A DNA stretch of 64,000 nucleotides from an uncultured Gemmatimonadales bacterium (GCA_963739455.1 CAVUAK010000001.1:1920001-1984000), one strand, 5' to 3'. Numbered from the stretch's first letter, positions 1 to 19,427 are shown. The notes: a model not told the origin generated them from the letters alone. A program made the numbers and translations.

Positions 1-921
<921 letters not shown>

Positions 922-933
922 GAAGAGGCACCC

Positions 934-5487
<4,554 letters not shown>

Positions 5488-5504
5488 CAGCTGAAGCAAC
5501 AAAC

Positions 5505-5544
5505 GAAAGGCGCCCGGGAGTGATCCCGGGCGCCTTTCTGTTTC
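5505..5544. terminator. Intrinsic terminator between rpoC and the convergent gene, probably bidirectional
   Basis: Perfect 15-bp inverted repeat GAAAGGCGCCCGGGA-gtga-TCCCGGGCGCCTTTC, followed by TGTTTCT and preceded by an A-rich tract. Confidence 0.85.
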
Positions 5545-5563
5545 TCGGGGAGGGCGATCCTCG

Positions 5564-7474
5564 TCAGCGCTCGATAACCTGGGTCGTCCTGCCGCGGTGA
5601 TCCGTGACGATGATCGGCGTGCGGGCCGGCAGCTCGTGCAGCTTCTGGCCCGCCGCTGTCGCACCAGCACGCAGGGCCGCAGATACCGAGGGCACGGTGT
5701 AGGGGTCGCTCGGGACGTCGTTGACCACGTAGCCGAAGTCGCGCAGCGACGCGCTGGTGATCGCGCTGAGCGGATTGGAAGTCGGGTTCAGGAAGCCGGT
5801 CATCAGCTCGTTGCCCATGACGGACTCGCTCCAGTGGCCGTCGCGGGTGCCATCATTGCAGGTCCCGTCTCCTTCCACTGGCGTGATCGGGTCATCGTAG
5901 ACCCCGCCAGGAACCAGTGCCGCCAGGAACGCCTGCTGCGACGACGGGCCGTCGAACGAGGGGGTGGTCGATGCGGGGCACTTGCCGATCAGGAGGCCCT
6001 TTTCGTCCCACAGTGTACCAAACCCGAAGACGTGCGCCATCTCGTGCAGGATGACCGCGTCCAGCCCATTCCCGATCAGTCCATCGATGTTGGCGTCATC
6101 GAAGATCATGCAACCGGCAAACGGCAGGTAGTTGTCGCGCGTGTACACCGGAGTGGCCAGGCCGAGGATGTTCAGGCCAGAGTTTCCATCGATCGGACGC
6201 ACATAGATGTAGATGTTGATGTCCCGGATCGTCGTGTTGCTGACCAGCGGAATGCATGGAATGACGCCGACGCCGGGAAGGCCCGTGTTAATGCTATCGG
6301 GCCCGACCTTGTCAGCGCCCGAGAGGGTGACCGGGGTCAACCCGCCGATAATGATGGACTCCCAGCGTGCCTTGGCTGCGTCAAAGGCCGCCTGCACCTC
6401 AGGCTTCAGCGCCGGGGCACCCGGGGGCACGATGAGGTTGATCCTGAAGTTCGAGGCCGGCACCGCGGAGGCTGTCGCTGAAAAGGTTACCGGAGCTGCG
6501 GCACCCGCGGAAACATTGACCGACTGGGCTCCTGCAGCCCCGAATCGCCAATAGGGAATGGCCGCCTGTCCGTTGAGGCCAGTGGTCGCGCCGGTTGGGA
6601 CGCTTCCGCCACCGGTGACGGCGTACGTCACGGGAACACCCTCGGTGGGCTGGCCGAACTGGTTGAGCACCGACACCGTGACCTTCTGGCCGGCAAAGTT
6701 GCCGGCGTATCCAGTCTGGTTGTCACCCTCGACCTTGGTCACTGCCGAGATGACCAGTGGCTCAGCGGTGGCGCTGAAGGTGACTGGGGCAATCGAGGTG
6801 TTCTGGACGGTCGCAGTCAGTGTGTTCGTTGTGGCGGTGCCCAGGCGCCAGCCTCCGACCGTGGCAACGCCCGCGGCCGCGCCACTGGCGCTCGTGGTCT
6901 GCACCGGGCCCGACACACTGCCTCCGCCGGAACCCACCGAGAAGACCACGCGAGCCCCGGGTACCGGGTATTGGCCATCCGTGACCGTGACGGAGGGTGC
7001 CACTGGCACGGTACTCTGCTGCACCCAGGTCTGGCCGTCGCCCGCCCGGATGGATATGGCAGAGGGGGGGCCGGTGATTGCGGTGGCCTGGAAATTCACC
7101 GAAATGTTTCCTGCCGTGGCCTTGAGGGTGTTGATCCCTGGCGTGGGCCCTAGAACCCACCCGCCCACCGTCGCGATGCCCTGCGCGGTAGTCGTGACGG
7201 TAGCACCGTTGACGGTGCCGCCTCCGGCTGCGGCGCTGAACGTGACCGCGACACCTCCCATCGGGCCGGAGGCGTTGGTCACGACGACCGACGGCGGCGT
7301 CGGCACCCCAGTGCCGTACTTCACGAACTGACCGTTGCCTGCGCTGATCGCGATCGAGGTCGGCTGGGGGCCGCCACTGGGACCTCCGCTGTCGCCGCTA
7401 CACGCTGCGCCGAGGAGTGCCGATGCAATCGCCACGAGGCTGGATAGCTGGCGGAGGGGAAATCGAGAAGCCAT
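5564..7474 (-). CDS. Lipoprotein with tandem bacterial Ig-like repeats and a C-terminal leishmanolysin-like (M8) zinc metalloprotease domain
   Basis: Lipobox LLGAAC; three repeats of the type GNGQ/GDGQ/GDNQ...V(T/V)F...G.ATVGGW.LG; HEXXH motif ILHEMAHVFGFG; distal HWSE...ELMTG (third His and Met-turn). Confidence 0.8.
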   Translation of the reverse strand: MASRFPLRQLSSLVAIASALLGAACSGDSGGPSGGPQPTSIAISAGNGQFVKYGTGVPTPPSVVVTNASGPMGGVAVTFSAAAGGGTVNGATVTTTAQGIATVGGWVLGPTPGINTLKATAGNISVNFQATAITGPPSAISIRAGDGQTWVQQSTVPVAPSVTVTDGQYPVPGARVVFSVGSGGGSVSGPVQTTSASGAAAGVATVGGWRLGTATTNTLTATVQNTSIAPVTFSATAEPLVISAVTKVEGDNQTGYAGNFAGQKVTVSVLNQFGQPTEGVPVTYAVTGGGSVPTGATTGLNGQAAIPYWRFGAAGAQSVNVSAGAAAPVTFSATASAVPASNFRINLIVPPGAPALKPEVQAAFDAAKARWESIIIGGLTPVTLSGADKVGPDSINTGLPGVGVIPCIPLVSNTTIRDINIYIYVRPIDGNSGLNILGLATPVYTRDNYLPFAGCMIFDDANIDGLIGNGLDAVILHEMAHVFGFGTLWDEKGLLIGKCPASTTPSFDGPSSQQAFLAALVPGGVYDDPITPVEGDGTCNDGTRDGHWSESVMGNELMTGFLNPTSNPLSAITSASLRDFGYVVNDVPSDPYTVPSVSAALRAGATAAGQKLHELPARTPIIVTDHRGRTTQVIER

Positions 7475-7648
7475 TCACGTCTCCAGGGGGGTACTGAGTG
7501 GCCCGAACGAATGCCGAACCACAAAAAGAACGTTGCTCATGCGTCCAAAGAAGGCCCAACGAACCGTTACGCGCAAACAAGGACGACGCACGGCGTGGCG
7601 GACGCACGCCGGTGGGAGTCAGGGCGGGGTCGAAACTGGCTCTGCGTC

Positions 7649-7677
7649 TTGACCTACGGCCCCTGACCCTCTACTTT
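7649..7677 (+). promoter_or_regulatory. sigma70-type promoter of the str operon
   Basis: TTGACC-N17-TACTTT, ending 64 nt upstream of the rpsL ATG. Confidence 0.65.
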
Positions 7678-7741
7678 CTGCGGTCTGCGCCAAAAATGGG
7701 CGCGCGGGATCGTGGAATACGGGAGCTCTTGCACCAAGCAC

Positions 7742-8137
7742 ATGCCGACCATCAATCAACTCGTCCGGCACGGCCGGAAAAGCGTTCCGCGCATCGACAA
7801 GGCGCCTGCGCTCGACAGCAATCCTTTCCGTCGCGGTGTCTGCACTCGTGTGTACACCACTACGCCGAAGAAGCCGAACTCGGCTCTCCGGAAGGTTGCG
7901 AAGGTCCGTCTCACGAACGGGTTCGAGGTGATTGCGTACATCCCGGGCGAAGGCCACAACCTTCAGGAGCATTCAATCGTGCTCATCCGTGGTGGCCGCG
8001 TGAAGGATCTTCCCGGCGTGCGTTATCACATCGTGCGTGGCTCGCTCGACTCGGCCGGCGTTGCCGACCGCCGTCGCAGCCGCTCGAAGTACGGCGCCAA
8101 GCGTCCGAAGGCTGCAGCCGCCGGAGGTAAGAAGTGA
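7742..8137 (+). CDS. rpsL: 30S ribosomal protein S12
   Basis: [31 protein letters not shown]. Confidence 0.99.
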   Translation: MPTINQLVRHGRKSVPRIDKAPALDSNPFRRGVCTRVYTTTPKKPNSALRKVAKVRLTNGFEVIAYIPGEGHNLQEHSIVLIRGGRVKDLPGVRYHIVRGSLDSAGVADRRRSRSKYGAKRPKAAAAGGKK

Positions 8138-8604
8138 GCCGCCGCACTCGTGCCGTCCGCCGTCCGGTTCCGCCGGATCCGCGCTACGACAGCCAGACGG
8201 TGTCGAAGTTCGTCAACGCGCTCATGTACGACGGCAAGAAGGGCCTGGCCGAGGGCGTGTTCTACAAGGCGATGGACCTGATCGAAGAGCGTACCGGCCA
8301 GCCGGGTGTCGCCGTGTTCAAGCAGGCCGTGAACAACGCGAAGCCGATGGTCGAGGTGAAGAGCCGTCGTGTTGGTGGCGCTTCGCTGCAGGTTCCGATC
8401 GAGGTGCGTCCGGATCGTCGCGCGGCGCTGGCCATGCGCTGGCTGATCCAGTTTTCCCGCGCCCGCAGCGAGAAGACGATCTATGAGCGTCTCGCCGCCG
8501 AGCTGATCCTTGCCTCGAAGGGCGAGGGGAACACGATCAAGAAGAAGGAAGACACGCACCGGATGGCTGAGGCCAACCGCGCGTTTGCCCACTATCGCTG
8601 GTAG
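8134..8604 (+). CDS. rpsG: 30S ribosomal protein S7
   Basis: [29 protein letters not shown]. Confidence 0.99.
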   Translation: MSRRTRAVRRPVPPDPRYDSQTVSKFVNALMYDGKKGLAEGVFYKAMDLIEERTGQPGVAVFKQAVNNAKPMVEVKSRRVGGASLQVPIEVRPDRRAALAMRWLIQFSRARSEKTIYERLAAELILASKGEGNTIKKKEDTHRMAEANRAFAHYRW

Positions 8605-8822
8605 CAGTCGCAGGCAGTAGTAGACATCGGGTTACGTGACTGAGGGGCATCTGCCCCCGCCACCTCTGGCCTTCCGAAAACGCATGGGACCTCGAATGGT
8701 CCTCGTCCAGGGCGGTTGCCCGGATGTGTGCGGAGCGATACCACCGGGTTTCCCGGGTCGGTCGCCCCGCTTTTGGCTTGGTGGAGGCGCCAACGGCGCC
8801 GGGAAACAGGTTCAAGAAAGTT

Positions 8823-10931
<2,109 letters not shown>

Positions 10932-10972
10932 GTCACGCAGGGCAACCTGGACAGGGATACGGAGCAGAGATC

Positions 10973-12175
<1,203 letters not shown>

Positions 12176-12186
12176 CGAACCGGCAC

Positions 12187-12208
12187 GCCGCGCCCATCGG
12201 GGCGCGGC
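12187..12208 (+). other. GC-rich hairpin between tuf and rpsJ, without a U-tract
   Basis: GCCGCGCCC-atcg-GGGCGCGGC. Confidence 0.45.
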
Positions 12209-12231
12209 CTCTGCCACTGATCGAGGAACGA

Positions 12232-12540
12232 ATGGCACAACGCATCCGCATCCGCCTCAAGGCGTTCGACCACGTGGTGCTGGACCAGGCCGCGGCGGAC
12301 ATCGTGCGCACGGCGGAAAAGACGGGAGCCCAGGTTTCGGGGCCGATCCCGCTGCCGGTCAAGACCGAGCGGTGGACGGTGCTCCGCAGCCCGCACGTCG
12401 ACAAGAAGAGCCGGGAGCAGTTCGAGCTGCGCACGCACAAGCGCCTGCTCGACATCCACGACTCGCGGCCGCAGACCATGGACGCGCTCACCAAGCTCGA
12501 CCTGCCGGCCGGTGTCGACGTCGAGATCAAGGTCGAATAG
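12232..12540 (+). CDS. rpsJ: 30S ribosomal protein S10
   Basis: [27 protein letters not shown]. Confidence 0.99.
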   Translation: MAQRIRIRLKAFDHVVLDQAAADIVRTAEKTGAQVSGPIPLPVKTERWTVLRSPHVDKKSREQFELRTHKRLLDIHDSRPQTMDALTKLDLPAGVDVEIKVE

Positions 12541-12543
12541 CCC

Positions 12544-13167
12544 ATGACCAACGGACTTATCGGCCGGAAGCTCGGGATGACCCGGGTCTTCACGGAGAAC
12601 GGCGACGCCGTTCCGGTCACGGTCATCGAGGCGGGCCCCTGCCACGTGCTGCAGGTGCGCACGGGCGCGGTGCAGCTCGGCTTCGGCGCGCGCAAGGAAA
12701 GCCGCGCCTCCAAGGCGGCACTGGGTCATGCGAAGGCGGCCGGCCTCACCGCCGCGCCGGCCATCATCCGCGAGTTCGAGATCGCGGGCGACGCACCAGC
12801 GGCTGGCGTTGAGGTCAAGGTGGATATTTTCGCCGCCGGCGAGCTCGTGAAGGTGACGGGCACGTCGAAGGGTCGCGGGTTCCAGGGCGTCGTGCATCGG
12901 CACGGCTTCCATGGCGGACCGGCGACGCACGGCAACACGCGGCACCGGAAGCCGGGCTCGATCAGCCCGGGTACCGACCCGTCGCGCGTCATCAAGGGCA
13001 AGAAGATGCCGGGCCATCACGGCGCGGTGAAGCATACGGAGCTGGGCCTGACGGTGGTCAAGATCGACGCCGACCGGAACCTCCTGTTCGTGAAGGGGGC
13101 CGTTCCGGGCGCCCGCAACGGGATCGTCACCGTACGGAAGCAGGGAGGAGCGAGCCGCCATGTTTGA
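12544..13167 (+). CDS. rplC: 50S ribosomal protein L3
   Basis: [22 protein letters not shown]; position in the S10 operon. Confidence 0.98.
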   Translation: MTNGLIGRKLGMTRVFTENGDAVPVTVIEAGPCHVLQVRTGAVQLGFGARKESRASKAALGHAKAAGLTAAPAIIREFEIAGDAPAAGVEVKVDIFAAGELVKVTGTSKGRGFQGVVHRHGFHGGPATHGNTRHRKPGSISPGTDPSRVIKGKKMPGHHGAVKHTELGLTVVKIDADRNLLFVKGAVPGARNGIVTVRKQGGASRHV

Positions 13168-13990
13168 GGCTCCCCATTACTCACCCGCCGGCGCGAAGCG
13201 CGCGGGAGCGTTCACGCTTCCCGAGCCGCTGTTCGATGGCACGGTGAACGAGCCGGTCTTGCACCAGACGGTCAAGGCCTACCTGAACAACCAGCGGCAG
13301 GGAACGTCGGCCACGAAGACGCGCAGCTTCGTCTCGGGCGGCAACCAGAAGCCGTGGAAGCAGAAGGGCACCGGCCGCGCCCGGCAGGGTTCCATCCGCG
13401 CGCCGCACTGGCGCGGCGGTGGCATCGTGTTCGGCCCGCAGCCGCGCGACTACCACACGGAAGTCCCGCGCAAGGTGAAGCAGCTCGCCCGGAAGTCCGC
13501 GTTCAATGCGCGGGCACGTGAGGGCCGGCTGCACATCGTGGAGAAGGTGACGTTCGCGGCCCCGAAGACGAAGCAGCTCGCGGAGCTGCTCGGCAACCTG
13601 GGTCTCGAGGGCGTGAAGGTCCTGGTGCTGACCAACGGCGCCAACCGGAACGCGTGGCTGTCCAGCCGCAACCTGCCGACCGTGCATGTCATGCCGTACG
13701 CCGAGGTCTCGGCCTACGACGTGATCTGGAGCGACGCGCTGGTGGTGGAAGAGGGTGCCATCACGGGTGTCGAGCCCGAGATCGCGCCGGAGCCGGAGCA
13801 GAAGGCGAGCAAGGCGCGGGCGACCGCGAAGGCCGTCAAGGCGAAGGCCGTGAAGGCGGAGAAGGCCGTGGCCAAGGCGACCAAGAAGACCGCGAAGAAG
13901 GCGGCCAAGGCCCCGGCCACCAAGAAGGCGGCGAAGAAGGCCGCCGCGAAGCCGGCGAAGAAGTCGGCGCCGAAGAAGAAGGGGAAGTGA
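13160..13990 (+). CDS. rplD: 50S ribosomal protein L4 with a Lys/Ala-rich C-terminal extension
   Basis: KPWKQKGTGRARQGS, GGGIVFGPQPRDY; about 70-aa low-complexity tail. Confidence 0.98.
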   Translation: MFEAPHYSPAGAKRAGAFTLPEPLFDGTVNEPVLHQTVKAYLNNQRQGTSATKTRSFVSGGNQKPWKQKGTGRARQGSIRAPHWRGGGIVFGPQPRDYHTEVPRKVKQLARKSAFNARAREGRLHIVEKVTFAAPKTKQLAELLGNLGLEGVKVLVLTNGANRNAWLSSRNLPTVHVMPYAEVSAYDVIWSDALVVEEGAITGVEPEIAPEPEQKASKARATAKAVKAKAVKAEKAVAKATKKTAKKAAKAPATKKAAKKAAAKPAKKSAPKKKGK

Positions 13991-13992
13991 GC

Positions 13993-14283
13993 ATGTCACT
14001 CGACCTGCGACAGGTAATCGTGAAGCCGCTGGTGACGGAGAAGAGTTCCGCCGTCTACCAGCTGCAGAAGGCCTATACGTTCGAGGTGCACCCGGCATCG
14101 TCGAAGCACCAGATCCGGGAAGCGCTCGAGAAGCTGTTCGACGTGAACGTGACTGCCGTCCGGACCATGCAGATGCGCCGGAACGAAGTCACGCGTGGCA
14201 AGACGCGCGGCACCACGGCGCGCTGGAAGAAGGCCATCGTGACGTTGCGCGACGGCCAGACCCTGCCGGTCTTCGAGGGGTAA
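13993..14283 (+). CDS. rplW: 50S ribosomal protein L23
   Basis: KPLVTEKS...YTFEV...WKKAIVTL; start at ATG 13993. Confidence 0.97.
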   Translation: MSLDLRQVIVKPLVTEKSSAVYQLQKAYTFEVHPASSKHQIREALEKLFDVNVTAVRTMQMRRNEVTRGKTRGTTARWKKAIVTLRDGQTLPVFEG

Positions 14284-15123
14284 ATGAGCATTCGTCAATT
14301 CCGGCCGATGACGGCCGGCACGCGCTTCCGCTCGGTCTCGGGTTTCGACGAGATCACCCGGGGCACGCCGGAGAAGTCGCTGCTCGAGCCGAAGAAGCAG
14401 TCGGGCGGGCGCAATAACACCGGCCATGTCACGTCGCGCTACAAGGGCGGCGGGCACAAGAAGATGTACCGCGTCATCGACTTCAAGCGGAACAAGTTCG
14501 GTGTGCCGGGCAAGATCACCGAGATCGAGTACGACCCGAACCGCAGCGCGCGCATTGCGCTCGTGGTGTACGCGGACGGCGAGAAGCGCTACATCCTGCA
14601 CCCGAAGGGGCTGGAAGTCGGCGCGACGATCATGAGCGGTCCGGGGTCCGATGCCCGGCTGGGCAACGCCCTGCCGCTGGCCGAGATGCCGCTGGGCACC
14701 ACGGTGCACAACATCGAGCTCAAGATCGGCAAGGGTGGGCAGATGGCCCGCAGTGCCGGTGCCAGTGTCCAGGTGGTGGCCAAGGAAGGCGACTACGTCA
14801 CGCTGCGGCTCCGGTCGAGCGAGATGCGCCTGGTGCACGGTCGCTGCCTCGCCACGATCGGTGAAGTGGGCAACGCCGAGCACGAGCTCATCTCGATCGG
14901 CAAGGCCGGCAAGAACCGCTGGCTGGGCAAGCGGTCGAAGGTGCGCGGCGTGGCCAAGAACCCGGTGGACCATCCGCTGGGCGGCGGTGAAGGCAAGACC
15001 TCAGGCGGACGCCCACCGGTGTCGCCGTGGGGCAAGCCGGAAGGACGCAAGACCCGGAAGCGCAAGAAGGCGTCGAACCAGTTCATCGCCCGCGGCCGCA
15101 AGCGCGGTCGGGCGACCAAGTAA
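14284..15123 (+). CDS. rplB: 50S ribosomal protein L2
   Basis: [28 protein letters not shown]. Confidence 0.99.
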   Translation: MSIRQFRPMTAGTRFRSVSGFDEITRGTPEKSLLEPKKQSGGRNNTGHVTSRYKGGGHKKMYRVIDFKRNKFGVPGKITEIEYDPNRSARIALVVYADGEKRYILHPKGLEVGATIMSGPGSDARLGNALPLAEMPLGTTVHNIELKIGKGGQMARSAGASVQVVAKEGDYVTLRLRSSEMRLVHGRCLATIGEVGNAEHELISIGKAGKNRWLGKRSKVRGVAKNPVDHPLGGGEGKTSGGRPPVSPWGKPEGRKTRKRKKASNQFIARGRKRGRATK

Positions 15124-15135
15124 GGGCGGACCGCG

Positions 15136-15426
15136 ATGTCGCGTAGCGTCAAGAAGGGACCGTTCGTCCAGGAGGCCCTGCTCCTCAAGGTGCAGATCCT
15201 CAACTCGAAGAACGAGAAGAAGGTCGTCAAGACCTGGAGCCGGGCAAGCACGATCCTGCCCGAGTTCGTCGGACACACGTTCGCCGTGCACAACGGGAAC
15301 AAGTTCGTCCCGGTGTACGTCACCGAGAACATGGTGGGCCACAAGCTGGGCGAGTTCGCCCCGACGCGGCTCTTCCGCGGTCACAGCGGCAAGCTGGTGG
15401 CTGACAAGAAGGCGAAGGCGGAATAG
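15136..15426 (+). CDS. rpsS: 30S ribosomal protein S19
   Basis: [27 protein letters not shown]. Confidence 0.99.
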   Translation: MSRSVKKGPFVQEALLLKVQILNSKNEKKVVKTWSRASTILPEFVGHTFAVHNGNKFVPVYVTENMVGHKLGEFAPTRLFRGHSGKLVADKKAKAE

Positions 15427-15428
15427 TC

Positions 15429-15788
15429 ATGAGCGGACATGCGATCCAGCGGTTGGTCCGGCAGTCGCCGCGCAAGATGCGGCTGGTCGTCGACCTGATC
15501 CGTGGCAAGGACGTGAACGAGGCGTACGCCATCTTGCAGTTCAACAAGAAGCTCGCGGCGAAGCAGATCGCGAAGACGCTCAAGTCGGCGGTGTCGAACG
15601 CGGAGCAGGCGGCACAGCGGGCGAACGAGTCGTTCGACGTCGATTCGCTCGTGGTCGCCAAGGCGATCGTCAACATGGGGCAGCCGCTCAAGCGGTTCAC
15701 GGCTGCGGCGCAGGGCCGGGCCACACCGATCCGGAAGCGGACCAGCCACGTGGAAATCCACGTCGGGCCGCGCAAGGAGAAGAACTAA
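15429..15788 (+). CDS. rplV: 50S ribosomal protein L22
   Basis: SPRKMRLVVDLIRG, GRATPIRKRTSH. Confidence 0.98.
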   Translation: MSGHAIQRLVRQSPRKMRLVVDLIRGKDVNEAYAILQFNKKLAAKQIAKTLKSAVSNAEQAAQRANESFDVDSLVVAKAIVNMGQPLKRFTAAAQGRATPIRKRTSHVEIHVGPRKEKN

Positions 15789-16448
15789 ATGGGCCAGAAG
15801 ACTCATCCGACCGGGCTCCGGCTCGGTATCGTCAAGAACTGGTCGTCGCGCTGGTACGCGAACAAGGACATGCCCGCCCTCCTCAAGGAGGACGAGCTGA
15901 TCCGCAAGTACCTGAAGCAGCGGCTGGGCCATGCGGCGATTGCCGCCGTGGACATCGAGCGCCGTCCAGGCAAGGTCACCGTCACCGTGCACACCGGCCG
16001 TCCGGGCGTGGTGATCGGCAAGCGCGGCGCCGAGGTGGACAAGCTTCGCGACGAGCTGGCACAGCTCACCGGCAAGGAAGCGGCGATCAACGTCGAGGAG
16101 ATCAAGCGGCCCGAGTTGTCGGCGCAGCTTGTGGCCGAGAACATCGCGCACCAGCTGGAGCAGCGCATCTCGTTCCGCCGCGCCATGAAGCGCGCGGTGC
16201 AGAGCTCGATGCGCATGGGCGCCCAGGGTATCCGCGTCCGCACGTCCGGCCGCCTCGGCGGCGCCGAGATCGCGCGCACCGAGGGGTACCGCGAGGGCCG
16301 CGTGCCGCTCCACACCCTGCGCGCCGATGTCGACTACGCGACGGCAACCGCCAAGACGACGTACGGCACCATCGGGGTCAAGGTCTGGATCTTCAAGGGT
16401 GAGGTCGTCGAGGACGTGACGGGCCGCACCTACAGCACGGGAGCCTGA
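15789..16448 (+). CDS. rpsC: 30S ribosomal protein S3
   Basis: [34 protein letters not shown]. Confidence 0.99.
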   Translation: MGQKTHPTGLRLGIVKNWSSRWYANKDMPALLKEDELIRKYLKQRLGHAAIAAVDIERRPGKVTVTVHTGRPGVVIGKRGAEVDKLRDELAQLTGKEAAINVEEIKRPELSAQLVAENIAHQLEQRISFRRAMKRAVQSSMRMGAQGIRVRTSGRLGGAEIARTEGYREGRVPLHTLRADVDYATATAKTTYGTIGVKVWIFKGEVVEDVTGRTYSTGA

Positions 16449-16452
16449 TCCA

Positions 16453-16866
16453 ATGCTGGCGCCAAAGCGGGTCAAGTTCCGCAAGCAGTTCAAGGGCCGC
16501 ACGAAGGGACATGCGACCCGGGGCAACACGGTGGCACATGGGGAGTTCGCCATCATGAGCCTGGAGCCGGGCTGGATCACCAACCGGCAGATCGAGGCGT
16601 CGCGCGTGGCGATGACGCGTGAGATGAAGCGTGGCGGGCGGGTGTGGATCCGGATCTTCCCGGACAAGCCCATCACCAAGAAGCCGGCCGAGACCCGCAT
16701 GGGTAAGGGCAAGGGCAACCCGGAGGGCTGGGTCGCCGTGATCAAGCCGGGCCGGGTGCTGTTCGAGATCGAGGGCGTGACCGAGGAACTGGCGAGGAAG
16801 TCGCTGGCGCTCGCCTCCGCCAAGCTGCCCGTGAAGACGCGCTTCGTGAAGCGCGAGGAGATCTAG
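16453..16866 (+). CDS. rplP: 50S ribosomal protein L16
   Basis: [22 protein letters not shown]. Confidence 0.99.
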   Translation: MLAPKRVKFRKQFKGRTKGHATRGNTVAHGEFAIMSLEPGWITNRQIEASRVAMTREMKRGGRVWIRIFPDKPITKKPAETRMGKGKGNPEGWVAVIKPGRVLFEIEGVTEELARKSLALASAKLPVKTRFVKREEI

Positions 16867-16869
16867 GTC

Positions 16870-17064
16870 ATGAAGGCGAATGCAGTGCGTGAGCTCTCGA
16901 ACGAGGAGCTCCAGCAGAAGCTCGGCGAACTGAAGGACGAGCGGTTCCGTCTCCGGTTCCGGTCGGCCACCGAGTCGATCGAAAACCCGGTCCGGTTCCG
17001 GACGATCCGTCGCGACATCGCGCGGATCCTCACCACGCTCCGCGCTCGCGCGGGGCAGGCGTAA
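16870..17064 (+). CDS. rpmC: 50S ribosomal protein L29
   Basis: ENPVRFRTIRRDIARILT; operon position. Confidence 0.97.
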   Translation: MKANAVRELSNEELQQKLGELKDERFRLRFRSATESIENPVRFRTIRRDIARILTTLRARAGQA

Positions 17065-17073
17065 GGAGCAGCG

Positions 17074-17355
17074 GTGGCGACGACAGCGACGGCCTCGACT
17101 GAGGCGACCCGCCGGCGGCGGAAGACGCGCCAGGGTCTGGTGTCCAGCGACAAGATGACGAAGACGGTCACGGTGGTCCTGACGCGGCAGTATGCCCATG
17201 CGGCCTACGGCAAGCAGATGACGCGGACCAAGAAGGTGAAGGCGCGCAACGATATGGGTGCCCAGACGGGCGATACCGTGCGCATCATGGAGACGCGGCC
17301 GCTGGCGAAGACGGTCTGCTGGCGCGTCGTCGAGATCGTCTTGAAGGCGAAGTAG
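17074..17355 (+). CDS. rpsQ: 30S ribosomal protein S17
   Basis: GLVSSDKMTKTVTV, GDTVRIMETRPL. Confidence 0.97.
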   Translation: MATTATASTEATRRRRKTRQGLVSSDKMTKTVTVVLTRQYAHAAYGKQMTRTKKVKARNDMGAQTGDTVRIMETRPLAKTVCWRVVEIVLKAK

Positions 17356-17367
17356 GGGAGCACTGCA

Positions 17368-17736
17368 ATGATTCAGCAGGAAACGATCCTCCGGATCGCC
17401 GACAACTCGGGCGCGCGCAAGGCGCTGGTCATCCGTGTACTGGGCGGCAGCAAGCGCCGGTACGCCGGGCTGGGCGATCGCGTGGTGGTGGCCATCAAGG
17501 ACGCCATCCCGACCGGGCAGGTAAAGAAGGGCGACGTCGCCAAGGCCGTGATCGTGCGCACCCGGAAGGAGACCCGCCGCAAGGATGGGTCGTACATCCG
17601 GTTCGACGAGAACGCCGCGGTGCTGATCGATGACAAGGGCGAGCCCCGGGCCACCCGTATTTTCGGGCCGGTGGCGCGCGAGCTTCGCGAGAAGCGCTAC
17701 ATGAAGATCGTGTCGCTGGCACCGGAGGTACTCTGA
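17368..17736 (+). CDS. rplN: 50S ribosomal protein L14
   Basis: [24 protein letters not shown]. Confidence 0.99.
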   Translation: MIQQETILRIADNSGARKALVIRVLGGSKRRYAGLGDRVVVAIKDAIPTGQVKKGDVAKAVIVRTRKETRRKDGSYIRFDENAAVLIDDKGEPRATRIFGPVARELREKRYMKIVSLAPEVL

Positions 17737-17737
17737 C

Positions 17738-18118
17738 ATGAAGCCGCTCGTCCACAAGAAGAACAAGCGGATCCGCCATGCGCCACCGGTGCGGGTGAAG
17801 CTGCACGTCACGAAGGGTGACATGGTGCAGGTCATCAGCGGTGACGACAAGGGCAAGCGCGGCCAGATCATCCAGGTGTACCCGAAGACGGGTCGCGTGG
17901 TGGTCCGGGGCGTCGCCATGATCAAGAAGCACCAGCGCGCGACACAGACCGCCGAGGGCGGGATCATCGAGCGCGAAGCGGCGATCCATCACTCGAAGGT
18001 GATGCTGATCGATCCCAAGACCGACGCGCCGACGCGCATTCGCCGCCGGCGGGACGCCGATGGCACCGTCGAGCGGGTGGGCGTGAAGTCGGGCCAGTCG
18101 ATTGCGAGGAGCCGGTAA
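17738..18118 (+). CDS. rplX: 50S ribosomal protein L24
   Basis: KOW motif [26 protein letters not shown]. Confidence 0.97.
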   Translation: MKPLVHKKNKRIRHAPPVRVKLHVTKGDMVQVISGDDKGKRGQIIQVYPKTGRVVVRGVAMIKKHQRATQTAEGGIIEREAAIHHSKVMLIDPKTDAPTRIRRRRDADGTVERVGVKSGQSIARSR

Positions 18119-18121
18119 GCC

Positions 18122-18811
18122 ATGGCGGAACAGAAGACGAAGGCCCCGAAGGGTGGAGACAAGGGCCAGGGACAGGGCGCGAAGGCCAAGGGTCGCGGCG
18201 AGAAGGTCTCGACGCTGCCGGTGGACCCGTCGCCCAAGGTAGCGGTCGGCAAGCCGCGGCTGCAGGCGTTCTACGAGGGCACGGTGCGCCCGCGCCTCGC
18301 GAAGTCGTTTGCGCTGACGAACCCGCACCAGGTGCCGAAGATCACCAAGATCGTGCTGAACGTCGGCATGGGTGACGCGGGCAAGAACCCGAAGCAGCTC
18401 GATGCAGCGGTCGAGGAGCTTGCGGCGGTCACGGGCCAGAAGCCGGTGATCACCAAGGCCAAGAAGTCGATCGCCAACTTCGGGCTGCGCGAGGGCATGC
18501 CGGTGGGCTGCTCGGTGACGCTCCGCGGCGCCCGGATGTACGAGTTCCTCGACCGGTTCATCTCGATCGCGGTGCCGCGCATGCGCGACTTCCGCGGCCT
18601 GCCGAACCGGAGCTTTGACGGCCGCGGGAACTACACCTTCGGCATCAAGGAACAGATGGTGTTCCCCGAGATCGACTACGACAAGGTCGAGAAGATCCAC
18701 GGGATGGACATCACGATCGTGACCACGGCCGGCCGCGATGACCTCGCGCTGGCGTTGCTGCGGGAGTTTGGCTGGCCGTTCCGCGGTGAGACGCCGCAGC
18801 GCGCGGCATAG
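18122..18811 (+). CDS. rplE: 50S ribosomal protein L5 with an N-terminal extension
   Basis: [27 protein letters not shown]. Confidence 0.98.
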   Translation: MAEQKTKAPKGGDKGQGQGAKAKGRGEKVSTLPVDPSPKVAVGKPRLQAFYEGTVRPRLAKSFALTNPHQVPKITKIVLNVGMGDAGKNPKQLDAAVEELAAVTGQKPVITKAKKSIANFGLREGMPVGCSVTLRGARMYEFLDRFISIAVPRMRDFRGLPNRSFDGRGNYTFGIKEQMVFPEIDYDKVEKIHGMDITIVTTAGRDDLALALLREFGWPFRGETPQRAA

Positions 18812-18821
18812 GGGAGAGTAA

Positions 18822-19007
18822 ATGGCGAAGACCTGTTGGATCGAGCGGGCCAAGCGTACGCCCAAGTTCAAGGTGCGCGCAGTGCGTCGGTGCCAGCGTT
18901 GCGGGCGCTCACGTGCTGTGCTGCGCAAGTTCGGCCTGTGCCGTATCTGTTTCCGAGACCTTGCACTCCAGGGAATGATCCCGGGCGTGCGCAAGGCGAG
19001 CTGGTAG
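18822..19007 (+). CDS. rpsN: 30S ribosomal protein S14, short Zn-binding type
   Basis: 61 aa with CQRC...CRIC and IPGVRKASW. Confidence 0.98.
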   Translation: MAKTCWIERAKRTPKFKVRAVRRCQRCGRSRAVLRKFGLCRICFRDLALQGMIPGVRKASW

Positions 19008-19021
19008 GGAGATCGAGGACC

Positions 19022-19417
19022 ATGAGCCTGACAGATCCCGTCGCCGACATGCTGACCCGCATCCGTAATGCGTGTCATGCTGGACATCGGCGCGTGGACG
19101 TGCCTGTGAGCAAGTTCAAGACTGAGCTTGCCCGCATCCTGCGCGACAATCACTACATCGGCGACTTCAAGGTCCTCGATGATGGCGCGGCCGGCGTGCT
19201 CCGGCTGTACCTCAAGTACCACAATGAGCTGCCGGTCATCCGCGAGCTGCGCCGGATGTCGACACCGGGCCTCCGGCGCTACGTGAAGTGCCGCGAGATC
19301 CCCCGCGTGAAGAACGGTCTCGGCATGGCGATCGTCTCCACCCCGAAGGGGCTGATGAGCGACCGCGAGGCTCGCACCGCCAACCTGGGCGGCGAACTCG
19401 TCGCCCTGATCTGGTAA
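19022..19417 (+). CDS. rpsH: 30S ribosomal protein S8
   Basis: [26 protein letters not shown]; start at ATG 19022. Confidence 0.98.
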   Translation: MSLTDPVADMLTRIRNACHAGHRRVDVPVSKFKTELARILRDNHYIGDFKVLDDGAAGVLRLYLKYHNELPVIRELRRMSTPGLRRYVKCREIPRVKNGLGMAIVSTPKGLMSDREARTANLGGELVALIW

Positions 19418-19427
19418 GGGGACCGAC

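Noticed and set aside
8724..8822. 33-aa N-terminal extension of EF-G
   Set aside because: The canonical EF-G N-terminus begins at ATG 8823; the upstream sequence looks like a structured spacer
13800..13985. Tandem DNA repeat or CRISPR-like array
   Set aside because: Imperfect codon-level repeats encoding the L4 Lys/Ala tail; there is no repeat-spacer structure
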